NCBI RefSeq assembly: GCF_000002075.1
Contig: NW_004797343.1
Span: 861,942 to 925,941, forward strand
DNA length: 64,000 nucleotides
Reading direction: 5' to 3'
From: Aplysia californica
Taxonomy: Eukaryota
Shown piece after piece: positions 25,434-38,120 of the stretch; positions within the stretch are counted from its first letter, which is position 1; each line of letters begins with the position of its first letter. Under the pieces are notes generated by a model. That model saw nothing but the letters and a program-made list of their open reading frames with translations. It was not told the origin of the DNA and made no database searches. The translations under genes and the position numbers were made by a program.

Positions 25434-26922
25434 CTAGCGTCTGCGTTTGTTGTCATATTTTTGTCCAAAAGTTGCCCAAAAAGTTGCCATTAGTTTTCAA
25501 GCTTTCTACTCTCTGTGGCGACGTATATATATTGCATTATGTTGACATAGGTAACTTCATCTAAAGCACCAGAATTTCTTGTGTTCTGTTTTATGCAACC
25601 AGAATATCATTTGTAGCCACATAGGATGAAAAACGTGAAAAATGAAGGTTTCAAAATAGAATGAAATCAAAATTAGAACAGCACATAAACAACTACAAAA
25701 ATTAATAAATAAAGACGTGTGTTAACCTATCCGAAGATTGGCCGTTTTAACCCTAAACGTGTTTAATTCAAGAAAAAGTAAAGGATATTACTTATTACAA
25801 GTAAATGGAATCACACACAAGGGGCCTGCCAGTGTCAGTATTCAGTTTTGGTAGAGCATGACACATTTTTTTAAAAGGCAGGAACAACATAAAATTAAAT
25901 AACATACGCTATATAGACATAAAAAACAGGGGCTCTCGTGGCCTACAGGTTAAGGTGTTCACCTCTCATTCAAAGGTCCCGGGTTCGAATCGGGTAGCGA
26001 CCGAAAAAAATTTCTTCTCTAGAATTGTCTCCTTTCACTTCCTTTCCTGCTCTCTAACAATGTTCTGTCGTCTGCTTTCGTCTCCTCTTCCTGTCCCCAC
26101 CCCCTCATCTCCTTTGCCCCCTCCTCTGGACTCTTTCTGCAGCCTATCTACTGCTACTGCTTGAATCCTTCTTACTGCTGTCTTTCAGCCCCACCCCTGA
26201 TCTTCTGGGAGGTCCCGTGTGCAAGTTGCGCACGTTAAAGATCCCTTGGTTGGTGGTCTAAAATCGATAAGAGTAGGTTTCGGTCGCCACCCAGGCAAAA
26301 TTCAAAATTTCCTACCTACTAAAAAAGTTTAACGGGTCATGCACTCTCATATGACCTTATGCAGTTGCGAGCACCGTAAAACACTTACCAAAAAAAACCC
26401 TTTAAAAAAAAAACCCAACAAAAAAAGCATCAAAAACCGAAAAAAGAACACATCAGAACAATAACAAGGCAAATTAAAACACAATAAAGAGGAACTAATT
26501 AAAGGGAAACAACAATACATATAAATTATAGTATGTAATGTTCTTATTCTTCACATGAAATTTCATTGAAAATAACAAATCAACGTGGTGTCAACAAGTG
26601 AGAAAGAGAGGAAGTGAAACTAAACTTTCTAGTTTGTCTTTCTAAAAGTAAAGTTAATCATTAAAAAACCCAAAAATAAAGAAACCGAACCTCATTAACT
26701 TAATGAGGTTCGGTTTCTTTATTTTTGGGTATTTTAATGTTTTCTTTTGCAGTTTCTCGACTTTTATTCCCAAGGGTTTGTTTTTTGACTTTTTATTCCC
26801 AAGCGGTGGGGAGGGGGAGGGGTTGTTTTTTTGGAGAGTTTTTTTTTTTTTTGTTATTTTAATGGAGAAATCGTGGGCCAACATTTGCCAAAAATCGCGG
26901 CCACGACAAACGTAGATGCTAG
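25434..26922. mobile_element. CTAG-ended TIR element, copy 1, with nested SINE
   Basis: Ends ctagcgtctgcgtttgt... and ...acaaacgtagatgctag; flanks attggg/attgag (5 of 6 match). Confidence 0.7.
25929..26397 (+). mobile_element. tRNA-derived SINE with Deu/Nin-like core and Nimb/I-LINE-like tail
   Basis: A box tggcctacagg, B box ggttcgaatc (25982), core gcacgttaaagatccc (26230-26245), tail catatgaccttatgcagttgcgagcaccgtaaaac followed by an A-rich end. Confidence 0.8.
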
Positions 26923-28046
26923 ATTGAGGGGAAAAAAGCTAACATTCTAGCCTGATATGACCAATTTGATTCACGACCTTGAACAACAAACATTTTATTT
27001 TAAAGGTCGCAGTTTAATTTGGTCTAATTGTGTCGAAATTACAGTTTTTGCCCTGTCCATGGAGGAAAATCGGGCTGATCCGAACTGTATCAAATTGATT
27101 TGAATGGCAGTCAGTGTGCACTCTGTATTAGCACAAACTTGAAAGGAATGAAAATAATGTGCTTGTTCATTGGATAAACCTATATTACTCCGCATAATAT
27201 ATTCCTAATCATGCTTTATGAAAACCTCATTGTGGTGATTTTCATTGTTGCTGGATANNNNNNNNNNNNNNNNNNNNNNNNNNNNNNNNNNNNNNNNNNN
27301 NNNNNNNNNNNNNNNNNNNNNNNNNNNNNNNNNNNNNNNNNNNNNNNNNNNNNNNNNNNNNNNNNNNNNNNNNNNNNNNNNNNNNNCGTGATTGACTGAT
27401 TCAACCGCCTAAGTTGAAAAATTGTCTAAAATCAGTTTTTGATCCCTTTATGCAGAACAGCCTTTTATACACCTTATGTTAAAGTGCCGAGTTTGAAAGG
27501 TTACTGCAAAGTGTTTCAATCCTTCAGTAAACCAATCGCCCATGTCACACCAGTCCCCTGTTTCCAAGTGATTCAACTGCCCCTATAGGCCTTTAGTCTT
27601 CCAGGTTCCAGACATTGGACGTCTGATTTTGATGGCATGTAATGCCTGATGTTGCGAAAGTTTAGGTACATTTCTTGCTTCTCCTTTCTACTGCTGCCCT
27701 GGGCCGTCGAGATTCCACACTCCATCTTTGTCGATCCGTGGCATCTCTTTCTCTGTGTGTAGAGGCGGGGGGGGGCATCTTTTGTTGCAGTTATCCCGGT
27801 GGCGTTTGAAGACGTAACATTCAGTGACAATAGAACTACATGTACCCACTAAGTCTAAAACACATGCAGCTGGTTGCGGGTCCTGGTAGGCTACATGGTA
27901 TTTGTACTTATAAACACATGATAGACTCAGGGCTGAAGCCTGCCTCCCAAATGATAATAATAATAATAATAATAATAAATTGCATTTATAGCGCATTTCC
28001 ACAAAGAAGTGCTCAATGCGCTGTGCAATAATACAGCTCCTATAGT

Positions 28047-28049
<3 letters not shown>

Positions 28050-28101
<52 letters not shown>
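28050..28101. repeat. (CT)n microsatellite; other simple repeats at 5232-5302 (GA), 9132-9166 (GT), 36664-36713 (GA), 57140-57173 (TA), 62102-62337 (CA), 63918-64000 (CA)
   Basis: Directly visible. Confidence 0.95.
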
Positions 28102-28103
<2 letters not shown>

Positions 28104-28508
28104 GGTGGGTGGTTGGCGGGTGCTCTGGTGTGGTTTGCTCTTTCTATCGTCCTGATTTCGCCTTCTTTTTTATGTTTGTTACTCACTTGTAACACCTCTA
28201 ATCTTCGCCACTTGTGTGACCTTATTGTGTTGCAAGTGCCATAAAACTCTTTCTAAAACTAAAACTCTCTCTCCAGTTCATCCTTGAATAAAGACAATCC
28301 CACAAAGCTTACCCTTACACCCTCGCACACATTGATGAATTCATAGTCATAATTAATTCTTACAGAATACAACAGCATGAATAAACAACATAATAATATT
28401 TGTATTTGGAATGTTGGAAATTACAGATTTGAAGCTGGACTGAAACAAATACGTTCTAAGTGCTGATTTAAATTTAGTTTTAGTGGTAGACTCCCGTAGC
28501 CCGTAGAT

Positions 28509-30697
28509 CTAGCATCTGCGTTTGTTGCCATTTTTTGCCCAAAAGTTGCCGTAACAGTAGCCATTAATTTTCAAACTATCATCTCTCTGTGACGACGTAT
28601 AGCAATTTGTTGATATAAGTAACGTAATCTATGGCACCACAATTTCTTGTCCAGAATCCAGAATATCATTTGTAGTTACACATAGTGTACAAACTACATA
28701 TATATTAAACTCAACAACAAAAGAAACTCAAGTGATATACAAAATAAAGGAAGATAAGGACATTGGTAAGTAATTTGTGATTTTATTGATTTTTTTGTCT
28801 CATCTATTGGAGAGGATTCCTCTGCAAGGCTTAACAGCCTCGTTGGAGAGAAAACAAGTTGAATTTGCTGTGAAAAATGATGTAACCCCAAAATTAAAGG
28901 GTATGTCCATAAGCCGGTGATGTCAACTTTAAATTGACAGCGTGTGTGCCCGCCATTTGCGTTCACAGCAGCTTGGCATCTGTTTGGCATTGACCTCACA
29001 AGTCTGTGAATGATGGCCATGTTCACATTTGCATAAATTCGTGTGATGGTTTGCTGCAGCTGAGGTGCTCTTGTTGGTCTTGGCTGCAAACGATTAAGTT
29101 CTCTTTGGGTGTGGTCCCAGTAGTGTTCGGTCAGGTTGAGGTCTGGGCTCATTGGGGGCTATGGCAGCATCCTGACATTGTTCTGCTGTAAGAAGGCTGC
29201 TGTAGCTCTTACAGTATGGGGTTGAGCATTGTCCTGTTGAAGGATAAGGTTCGGGTGTTTCTGGAAATGAGGTATGATCACAGGCGCCAGTATCTGTTGG
29301 ATGTAGCGGTGTTCATTAACACTAACCTCAACCACGTTAAATGTTCTGGAAAACAACGGGTCCCAAGTGTTGGATTACGCTGATTGGGCCCCAGATCATT
29401 ATGCTGGGACCACCCCATGTATCAACCCGCAGGACGTTGTTGTCGGCAAACCGTTGGTTGGATCTCCATTATATCCGGATTCTTCCATCTCCTCGAATGA
29501 CGCAAAAATGGCTTTCGTCAGTGAATAGGACATTTCTCCACTGTTGCAAGGTCCAATCACAAGTTGTGAGCCCACGCCAAACATTGCTGCCGATGTCTGG
29601 CAGAGAGGACTGTACGTCTCAAAGGTCGGCGACATTGCAGTTGTCTTTCTCGAAGCCAGCGGCGCACGTACAGTCTGACCTGAAACTGAAATGGAATGGC
29701 TCTCCCATGGTTTCCAACGAGATTTCAGGCCGATTCGGAAGCACACATGAAGTTGTCTCGCCGGTGATTCCGCAGAGGGACACGGTCTTGGCGTACTGAT
29801 GTCACTCGTGGTCGGCCAGCTCTGTGAGCATCACGTTTACGTCCAGTAACTTGAAAACGTCTTCGGAGTCGACATATTGTTGAGAGAGACACACCCATGG
29901 CAATAGATCCATCTATATTATTACTCTTTCCCGCTAGGAATCTGCCGATAGCCCTTTTCCGGTTTGCTTTGATGAGTCAACTGAACACTCAACTGAAGGA
30001 AGCGTTACGTCCTGTCAATTTATACCCATCGGTTGGTGATCACTTTTCAGAGGATAAAAACTGCTCACCTACTGGCATGCTCAAGAAAATACTCAGTTTG
30101 CATTTTTTTTTCTTCGCCGCCATATTGTGACCTCATTTTATTTTTCGAGCATGTTTTCAGCTTGGTGACATGAGCTCACAACATTACTGAATACAAAAAA
30201 ATCGGTCATGGCCTACATTCTAGCGAATATGGGTTACTAAATTCCTGAGTCTTTAAGTAGCTCTGTATGACTTGCGTAACTTTTGTTGTTGAGTATAAAA
30301 ACAAAAAATAGTAAAAGTAAAACAACACATCAGAACAATAACAATTTTAACAAATTAACACACCAACAAATTAAAACACAAAAAAGAAGAAAAAATAAGA
30401 GAAACAGCAATAGAAATAGTTTGTAAAGTACTTGGATCTATATTTTTCAAGTATAAAATAACAAATCAACGTAGTGTCAACAAGTACAAGTGAGAAAGTG
30501 AAGATGAAGTGAAAATAACCTTTCTTTCTAAAAGTAAAGAGGTTCTGTTTCTTTTCTTTTTTCTTTTCTTTTTTTTTTTCTTCTTTCTTTTTTTTATATT
30601 TTTATTCCCCGGCAGTGGGGTTTTTTTTTTTCTTTTTCTTTGTTTTTTTATTTTGAAAAATGCCAAAAATCGCGGCCGCGACAAACGCAGATGCTTG
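28509..30697. mobile_element. CTAG-ended TIR element, copy 2, 6-bp TSD, with nested Tc1
   Basis: TSD gtagat at 28503-28508 and 30698-30703; internal sequence matches copy 1. Confidence 0.78.
28708..30295 (-). mobile_element. Decayed Tc1-family DNA transposon (pseudo-transposase ~28935-29985)
   Basis: TIRs aactcaacaacaaaag.../...cttttgttgttgagta; GRPRVT, LFTDES.F, QQDNAQPH, PPMSPDLN..EHYWD, LVRSMPNRCQA...ANGGHT with stops and frameshifts. Confidence 0.9.
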
Positions 30698-30739
30698 GTA
30701 GATGAGCTGACACAGCGCTCCACAGGGAAGGGGGCATGG

Positions 30740-31090
30740 TGTGAAAAAAAGCTCTCCCTCCGAGTCTCTGACTTTTGCTTTGGACAGGTCTTAAAGCCTT
30801 CCTGTCGCCGACCTTAAAGGACGAGGTGGTACCGGTATATATTCGATGACCATGTCACAAATATATGATGGCGCTATGTTGTTGACGCACTTAAAACAAA
30901 GAACAATAAATAATTATTTCGTGCTGAATTCACGCTTTCACCGGGAGCCAATGTAGTTGAATTAGCATTGGAATTACATGATCTTTGAGAGATTTCTTTA
31001 AAAGGTATTCGAACAGCTTGGCTCTGGAGTCGCTGTAACATATTTAACGTTTCAGTGGGAAGGTTTCCAAACAAAGAATTGCAGTAGTCT
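30740..31090 (-). mobile_element. L2/CR1-type LINE 3' fragment
   Basis: DYCNSLFGNLP....MLQRLQ..AVRI and FKCVNNIAPSY. Confidence 0.6.
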
Positions 31091-31974
31091 TTACTCCTTC
31101 TCCGCGTACGGTAGTTCTAAATAAATTACTTTGCTTAGATTGTTTATATTATTGTGATGGTGCATAGATACATGTAGTTTGCAATCAAAATAAACGTCTA
31201 GATTTTTCGCTGTATCCGTGAGAAAGATATCAATCCCAACACGTACATGTATATGGTCAAAACTTCAAAGCAATATCCCTGGTACTTTTATGCCAATTTA
31301 TTTTTGCAATTGCCCATTTTATGAGATTTTTTGTTAAAATTAAACATGTTTCCCATGGTAGATTTTGGTTGAATTTTTAAGTCATACTAAAGACCCTAAA
31401 GAACAAATCTATGCAAAAATTTGGTAGTTAACCCCCATGTACGTGTTCACACCATTTTCGTGTCAATTTTTACTGGCCTATCACTTGAGTTCGAGAGTGA
31501 GACTTTCGTGCGACCCACGATCATGAGGGGTGGCTGAATGCTGACTGGACGACTACTGGCTGCTTACAGTTACAGAAGGCTCCACCAGAGACACTAAAAT
31601 ATCTGGCTCCACTTAGATTCTAAAAAACAGTCACGGGCGCTTCTGGATTTCGGCTGTAGCAGTAGGCTAGCAGGCTTATGATAACGTCCGGTAGTCTTAG
31701 AAGTTAGATAGGCTATGTGTTATGTATACGGGTAGATCTAGTACGATATAATATAGGCCCTATCAGTAGTGAAAAGGTTCTTTTAAAACCGCTTTTAAAA
31801 CAGGCATTCGGACAGACGTATGCTCGGCTTATAATTATAACAGTGGTCCAGCTGGCGCGAATTAAATCCCAGCACCAGCGGACAAGAAGAGCTCCGTTGG
31901 CTCCCACTGAAAGCGAGAATTGAATAGGCTATATTATTATAAGTTAGCCCTACGTATGCTTCAACGGTCAAACT

Positions 31975-32431
31975 AACCCGTCTCCCACATACATTCAAGA
32001 ACTCATTGTACCATACACACCATCACGTGAACTAAGATCCAGTGGCTCCAGACTAATTTCAACACCTCGTGTGTCACTGAAGAAATGTGGTGAGGAGAGG
32101 GTTTTTTCTTTTTCTGGGCCAACAGTTTGGAACACTCTCCCTCATGATTTGAGGAGCGAAATAAAACTTGATACCTTCAAAAGAGGACTCAAAACACATC
32201 TAAGAAATATTTTAATTAATGGACAGTACCTTTGCCTTTTTGTATGAGCATGTTTTATTGTCTGAAAGATGTTGCTGTCAAAAAGTGCGCACATGATGAA
32301 TGTGTATTCTGTTAGTATGAATGCGTTTTTAATCCCCTATGTACGCCTTGGGCCCATGCTGTGGGGAAAGGCGGGATACCAATGCTCTTATCATTATTAT
32401 TATTATTATTATTATTGTTATTATTATTATT
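31975..32431 (+). mobile_element. L2-type LINE 3' end with (TTA)n tail
   Basis: YTPSRELRSS, GPTVWNTLPHDLR, TFKRGLKTHL, followed by tandem tta. Confidence 0.7.
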
Positions 32432-32943
32432 AAGATTGAAAGCAGAAGGCAAACACTGCAAATGAAACAAAATAATACACATTGCGAATTGCTCCTACAA
32501 GAGCCCTAAGGCAGATTTTACGAATTCTATTATGTGTCAAACCATACTAATTAATTATTATTATGTACGCAGGGGAGGGAGTGGGGAAAGCTGGGTGCAC
32601 TTTGGTCTAATTGGTGCTACGATGGGCCCTACTTTACTTACATCTGTCACGGTTATAACAGGATTTCGGCCGTAGCAGGCTTACGGTACAGCCATCGACA
32701 AAACCCATCAACAAACAGACAAGAAAGCAGAAAAAAAGCAAAACAGAACAAAACAAAAACCCTTAGGGCGTTTTGCATTGCATGTACGTGACCCAAGAAG
32801 GCCTAAGTTGATTAATATGTAGGCCTACGTTTTATGGTGTGGCACCGCGTGTGCAGGGGAAAGAAGAATCTGGGAAGCTGAAACCTGGATGCACTTTGCT
32901 TGGTGTTTATGCAAATTTTGATTCAGTCCAATGACTTGGCTTA

Positions 32944-33145
32944 AAATTGGTCTGGCACCAGACCATAACAAAAGGATATCAAGGTAGGCCTACAAGGAAG
33001 ACCTGAATCGAAGGTGCGAAGGATACCCCCGAAGACCGACAACACATCCACCCTGCCAGGGCATCCAGCTTGTCAGAGACCAAAAGCTCTGTATCTCCCC
33101 CCGACGCCTTAGAGGGTACAAGAGGAAGAATAAAAGTAAAGTAAG
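32944..33145 (+). mobile_element. Short RTE 3' end fragment
   Basis: Similar to 57040-57140 (tctccccccgacgcc...gggtacaagaggaagaataaaagtaaagtaagt). Confidence 0.6.
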
Positions 33146-34139
33146 TCTGTCCCCGTTGTTTTATGCAAGAAAAATTATGAAATTATGCAAAATGAGCCCA
33201 AAAATGTGAAATCATTCGATTTTGTTAATTTTACCAAAGTATGATAAAGGAAATATTCAGAAATTAGGTAAAAAATTATCAAATTTTGCTACATTATGCG
33301 GGGTGCATAAAACCACGGAGACGGGTAAGTAGGCCTACTACATCGTTTGAGATGGCGAGACTTGTGGGGAATATGACTGAATACTGAATGAAAAGTGTGT
33401 ACTGGGCGCTAGATCTACCGTAGATCTATGGAAGGCCTATTACATGTATTCCTTGTCCCAATAGTGATAATATAATGCTGTTCGATTACTGATTAGGCCT
33501 TCGAATAGTTGTAAAGTACACATGAAAGCATGTTGTAGGCTCTATAGAGTATAATAGAGTATGGATATAAGCAGGCCTATTATGGTGTCATTGTTTCCCT
33601 ACAGCTTAAATCACGTCCAGCAAACCCTCTCTGTCTCTGTGAAACTAAGGAGACACATTATATTATTAAAATAGTCCAACCTCGTTNNNNNNNNNNNNNN
33701 NNNNNNNNNNNNNNNNNNNNNNNNNNNNNNNNNNNNNNNNNNNNNNNNNNNNNNNNNNNNNNNNNNNNNNNNNNNNNNNNNNNNNNNNNNNNNNNNNNNN
33801 NNNNNNNNNNNNNNNNNNNNNNNNNNNNNNNNNNNNNNNNNNNNNNNNNNNNNNNNNNNNNNNNNNNNNNNNNNNNNNNNTTTATATAGCGGTCTATCTC
33901 ATACTAGTCCGCTTTACACCAATCACATAATCTTTCACACTAGAAAAAAACATTTCACAGAAACGAGAAAAACATAAAAAAGAACTTTCACAACCATACA
34001 TTAACTATACACTAAAGGACAGCAGTTACCCCCCCCCCCCCCCCCCCCCTCCAAAAATATTTAAAGAAAAAAGAAAAAAAATCTACATTAAAAAAATTAG
34101 CACTTACTAACACATTATAACTTATAACCATCTCCGCTA

Positions 34140-34530
34140 TAACCAACAATTAAACAAATGAGACTTGAGCAATCGCATAAACCTATCAACATTTGTTGAA
34201 TTTCTGAGATCTTGAGGCAAGGTGTTCTAGATTTTTTTGGGGGAAAAAGAGAAACTTTTCTCATCAACAGATCATAATTTCATTTTAATATTAGGGGCCC
34301 CTAAATTTTGTTGCATCTGTGGAAGACCGTAACTGACTAGATAGAACATAGATCTACAGTGTTTAAAGCAGGATACGACTTAATCGTTAAGACATTTAAA
34401 ACAGATGGTAGAACTTTAAATTTGATTCTTTTATCAACTGGAACTGGAAGCCAATGCAGAGCTTTTAACTTTTTTGATACGGGATCTTTGTTCTTTTTCT
34501 TCAGCCCTAGTCTTGCGCGGTGTTATTTTG
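34140..34530 (-). mobile_element. Degraded L2-type LINE 3' fragment
   Basis: LHWLPVP..RIKFKVL...FKCLN and LPQDLRNSTNVDRF. Confidence 0.55.
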
Positions 34531-36030
34531 AGCCACTTGCAGTTTCCTCCAGTGGCATCGCGTGGGTTGCAGACAAGCATAATTGGAAAGTGAGCAAATG
34601 GGCAATAGGCTTACTAGCTACTATTACGATTTCTAGAGAAAGTCAATAATTAGAATCTGCAGGATATCCCGTAATCTACATCTATAAATATTCACAACTG
34701 TTTCTAGATCCAGATGAAACCCCATAAAAGCTGCAATAAAGTGAAACAATAATAACAGCTCACCATGCTCACAATCTGAGAAGATTTAAAGCTTTCTAAT
34801 TACTTCGTGAAGCACCAGGACATGCTACACAATCGAAGGAGACAACAGTTTCGACCTATTCTACACTTGGTTACCGTAGACCCTACTACTACACTACATG
34901 TTATTTACTATCATTGACTACATGTACTAGTGCTAGTGTAGTAGATAGACTAGTGGAAACTTGGATCAAATTTTTAGCAATTGCACCAAAATTAATGGAT
35001 GCTGCGGAGAGCAGCTTCATGCACCTTTCTTCTTGTGCGGGAAGAACAATGGCTAGTTTTCTCTACAGTGACAAAAATGACTTTGGTGCAAAGATTTTGC
35101 TTGCTCCCAGCAGACGCAACCTCAAGCGGTGAGACGAGCATAAACCCTCCTGTCTCTAGGCCATTTATCGTTGCGTGGAATGTTGATCTAGAGCTCTGAC
35201 TGGTTTAGAAAAATTAGAAAAGGGAGGAAGTGTGTGTGTGGGGGGGGGGGGGGGGGGTGAAGGCCAGGGTTAGGTGGAGCACTAATGGCGCCCCCGCCAG
35301 TTTTCCTCATTCGTTCACACGAAATACCAGACAGAACAGAATTAACAATGGGCGGTAGATCTAATTTCCTTTTCAGTAGCGCAAGGCTTTAGGGGACTGC
35401 AAAGTCCCCGAATAAGCAGCGCCAGAGGACTACGCTGTGCAGTCCCCGAGTGGGTAGCGCTTATGGGGACTGTGCAGTCCCCTATAACAAACTTCCTACA
35501 TTATATTTTATTTGAGGCACACTGCTTATTGATAAACGCAATAGCTTGGCTAAACTAAAGGATAACGTTTTTGTAAAAAATGATTGTTTGAAACCTCATT
35601 TCAGGTGCAGTCTGTTAGTTCTAATAATGGCCCGATGTCTTAAAAATACTGGGATAGTGCTTGGAGCATTATGAATGTCTAAACCGCGAAAATAACCACA
35701 GTAGTCTATAGATGAATGGCAATATTATAGTCATTTTTTGGCATGGGTAGTCAGGCGTGTAAGCGGTAGTGTTTTTTAGCTTAGATATACTGTTCATAGC
35801 ATAGTGTACACAAAAGTCATTAGGGTAGTATTTACATTGTGCAAAAACCACTACGGTAGTCTTTATTGCACGGTAGTGTTCTGATCGTGTTACACCGGAA
35901 CAGCTGATGCTCAAGGGGGTAGTGATGGGCCGATACCACAATTTAGGTATCGATGTTGATACCTAGTACTTTTTCAAGGTATCGATACCGATACCTCGAT
36001 ACCTAATGCTATTGGTAACATACGCCGGGG

Positions 36031-36547
36031 CAAAGATAGTACATAACAAGATGGGCCACTTCTCTCTTTGAGCCAATTAAAAAAGTGTCCTCAAAATTTG
36101 GTGGCGCCCTCTTCACAAAAGCGCACTCTTTGCGAACAGAGTTACCCTACTTGAGTTTTAAAAAATCAAAGTGAAACTAGCAAGTTTGGGGATAAATTTC
36201 GGAAGAACGCTTTTTTAAAATGGTTACGCTGACAAAAAAACCTCTTCCGGAGGAAAGGGTGATGGTTTTCTTCGTTAAATTTGACTTTAGAATGAAAGAC
36301 GAGAGGACATTAAAATTTAAAAAAAAACTAAAACTAGTAAAACTCCGTAAAACTCCGCACTGAACGTACCCGAACTGCTGATGAACAGCAGTCGATCTGC
36401 GCACGCAAGGAGGTGCTATTCCTATTCTTCTTCTGGAAAAACGAAAGAGAGCTTCAAAACAGACTGCAGCGCCATCTGAAGCAAAGAGCATACTTCCTGC
36501 GGACACTTTTTTGGCTGAGTGGCCCATCTTGTTATTCACTATCTTTG
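36031..36547. mobile_element. P-element-type MITE copy 1 (CAAAGATAGT...ACTATCTTTG)
   Basis: ~30-bp TIR; 7-bp TSD gccgggg on both sides. Confidence 0.85.
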
Positions 36548-36658
36548 GCCGGGGGTAATAAGTAAAGACAAAAATACAACTATACTTTTCCAAGTATTTA
36601 GGTAATCGTGTCTAGACAAGTTGTGACTATTTAGCTGAGACTCAAACAAAAATTATTT

Positions 36659-36717
<59 letters not shown>

Positions 36718-36880
36718 ATACCCAAATATGAGAATAAGAACAAAAATTAAGTGAAGTATTGGAGGAAAGTCAACTTTGCAGAAAATGTTAGTATTGGAAA
36801 ATAAAAACACAAGAGTTCTAAAAAGGCAATTCAATTTACCAGATTTTTAGCATCTTTGAATTAAACCAATGAGGATAAAT

Positions 36881-37054
36881 CAGGGTTGTCAGTTAGGATT
36901 TTGCAAAATCACTAGATAGATTTCATGAAAAACTTCTCTCTTTTTGTTAAAAAATCACTAGATTAATTTAAGACGCTTGCCCCCTACGAAAACTTATCAG
37001 TTTTGATAAACAAAACATTTTTCAAGGCCCAAGTCACTTGCTTTGGCAGCCCTG
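36881..37054. mobile_element. Small hAT-type MITE (CAGGGTTG...CAGCCCTG)
   Basis: 8-bp TSD ggataaat at 36873-36880 and 37055-37062. Confidence 0.8.
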
Positions 37055-37067
37055 GGATAAATAACAC

Positions 37068-37562
37068 CAATGATAGTACATAACAAGATGGGCCACTTCT
37101 CTCTTTGAGCCAATTAGAAAAGTGTCCTCAAAATTTGGTGGCGCCCTCTTCACAAAAGCGCACTCTTTGCGAACAGAGTTACCCTACTTGAGTTTTAAAA
37201 AATCAAAGTGAAACTAGCAAGTTTTGGGATAAATTTCGGAAGAACGCTTTTTAAAAATGATTACACTGACAAAAAACCTCTTCCGGAGGAAAAGGAGATG
37301 GTTTTCTTCGTTTAATTTGACTTTAGAATGAAGGGCGAGAGGTCATTAAAATTTAAAAAACCTAAGACTCCGCACTGAACGTACCCGAACCGCTGATGAA
37401 CAGCAGTCGATCTGCGCACGCAAGGAGGTGCTATTTCTATTCTTCTTCTGGAAAAACGAAAGAGAGCTTCAAAACAGACTGCAGCGCCATCTGAAGCAAA
37501 GAGCATACTTCCTGCGGACACTTTTTTGGCTGAGTGGCCCATCTTGTCTTGTACTATCTTTG
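37068..37562. mobile_element. P-element-type MITE copy 2
   Basis: Same TIR; 7-bp TSD ataacac. Confidence 0.85.
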
Positions 37563-37625
37563 ATAACACATAGGTATCGATGTTTAGAGCAGGTATCGGT
37601 AACGATACCGATACCTATAGGTATC

Positions 37626-38120
37626 CAATGATAGTACATAACAAGATGGGCCACTTCTCTCTTTGAGCCAATTAAAAAAGTGTCCTCAAAATTTGGTGGC
37701 GCCCTCTTCACAAAAGCGCACTCTTTGCGAACAGAGTTACCCTACTTGAGTTTTTAAAAATCAAAGTGAAACTAGCATGTTTTGGAATAAATTTCGGAAG
37801 AACGCTTTTTTAAAATGGTTACGCTGATAAAAAACCTCTTCCGGAGGAAAGGGTTATGGTTTTCTTCGTTTAATTTGACTTTAGAATGAAAGGCGAGAGG
37901 TCATTAAAATAAAAAAAACCTAAAACTACGCACTGAACGTACCCGAACTGCTGATGAACAGCAGTCGATCTGCGCACGCAAGGAGGTGCTATTCCTATTC
38001 TTCTTCTGGAAAAACGAAAGAGAGCTTCAAAACAGACTGCAGCGCCATCTGAAGCAAAGAGCATACTTCCTGCGGACACTTTTTTGGCTGAGTGGCCCAT
38101 CTTGTTATGTACTATCATTG
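37626..38120. mobile_element. P-element-type MITE copy 3
   Basis: Same TIR; 7-bp TSD aggtatc. Confidence 0.85.

Noticed and set aside
25929-26003. tRNA gene
   Set aside because: A and B boxes are present, but the cloverleaf is imperfect and the sequence continues into a SINE core and LINE-like tail.
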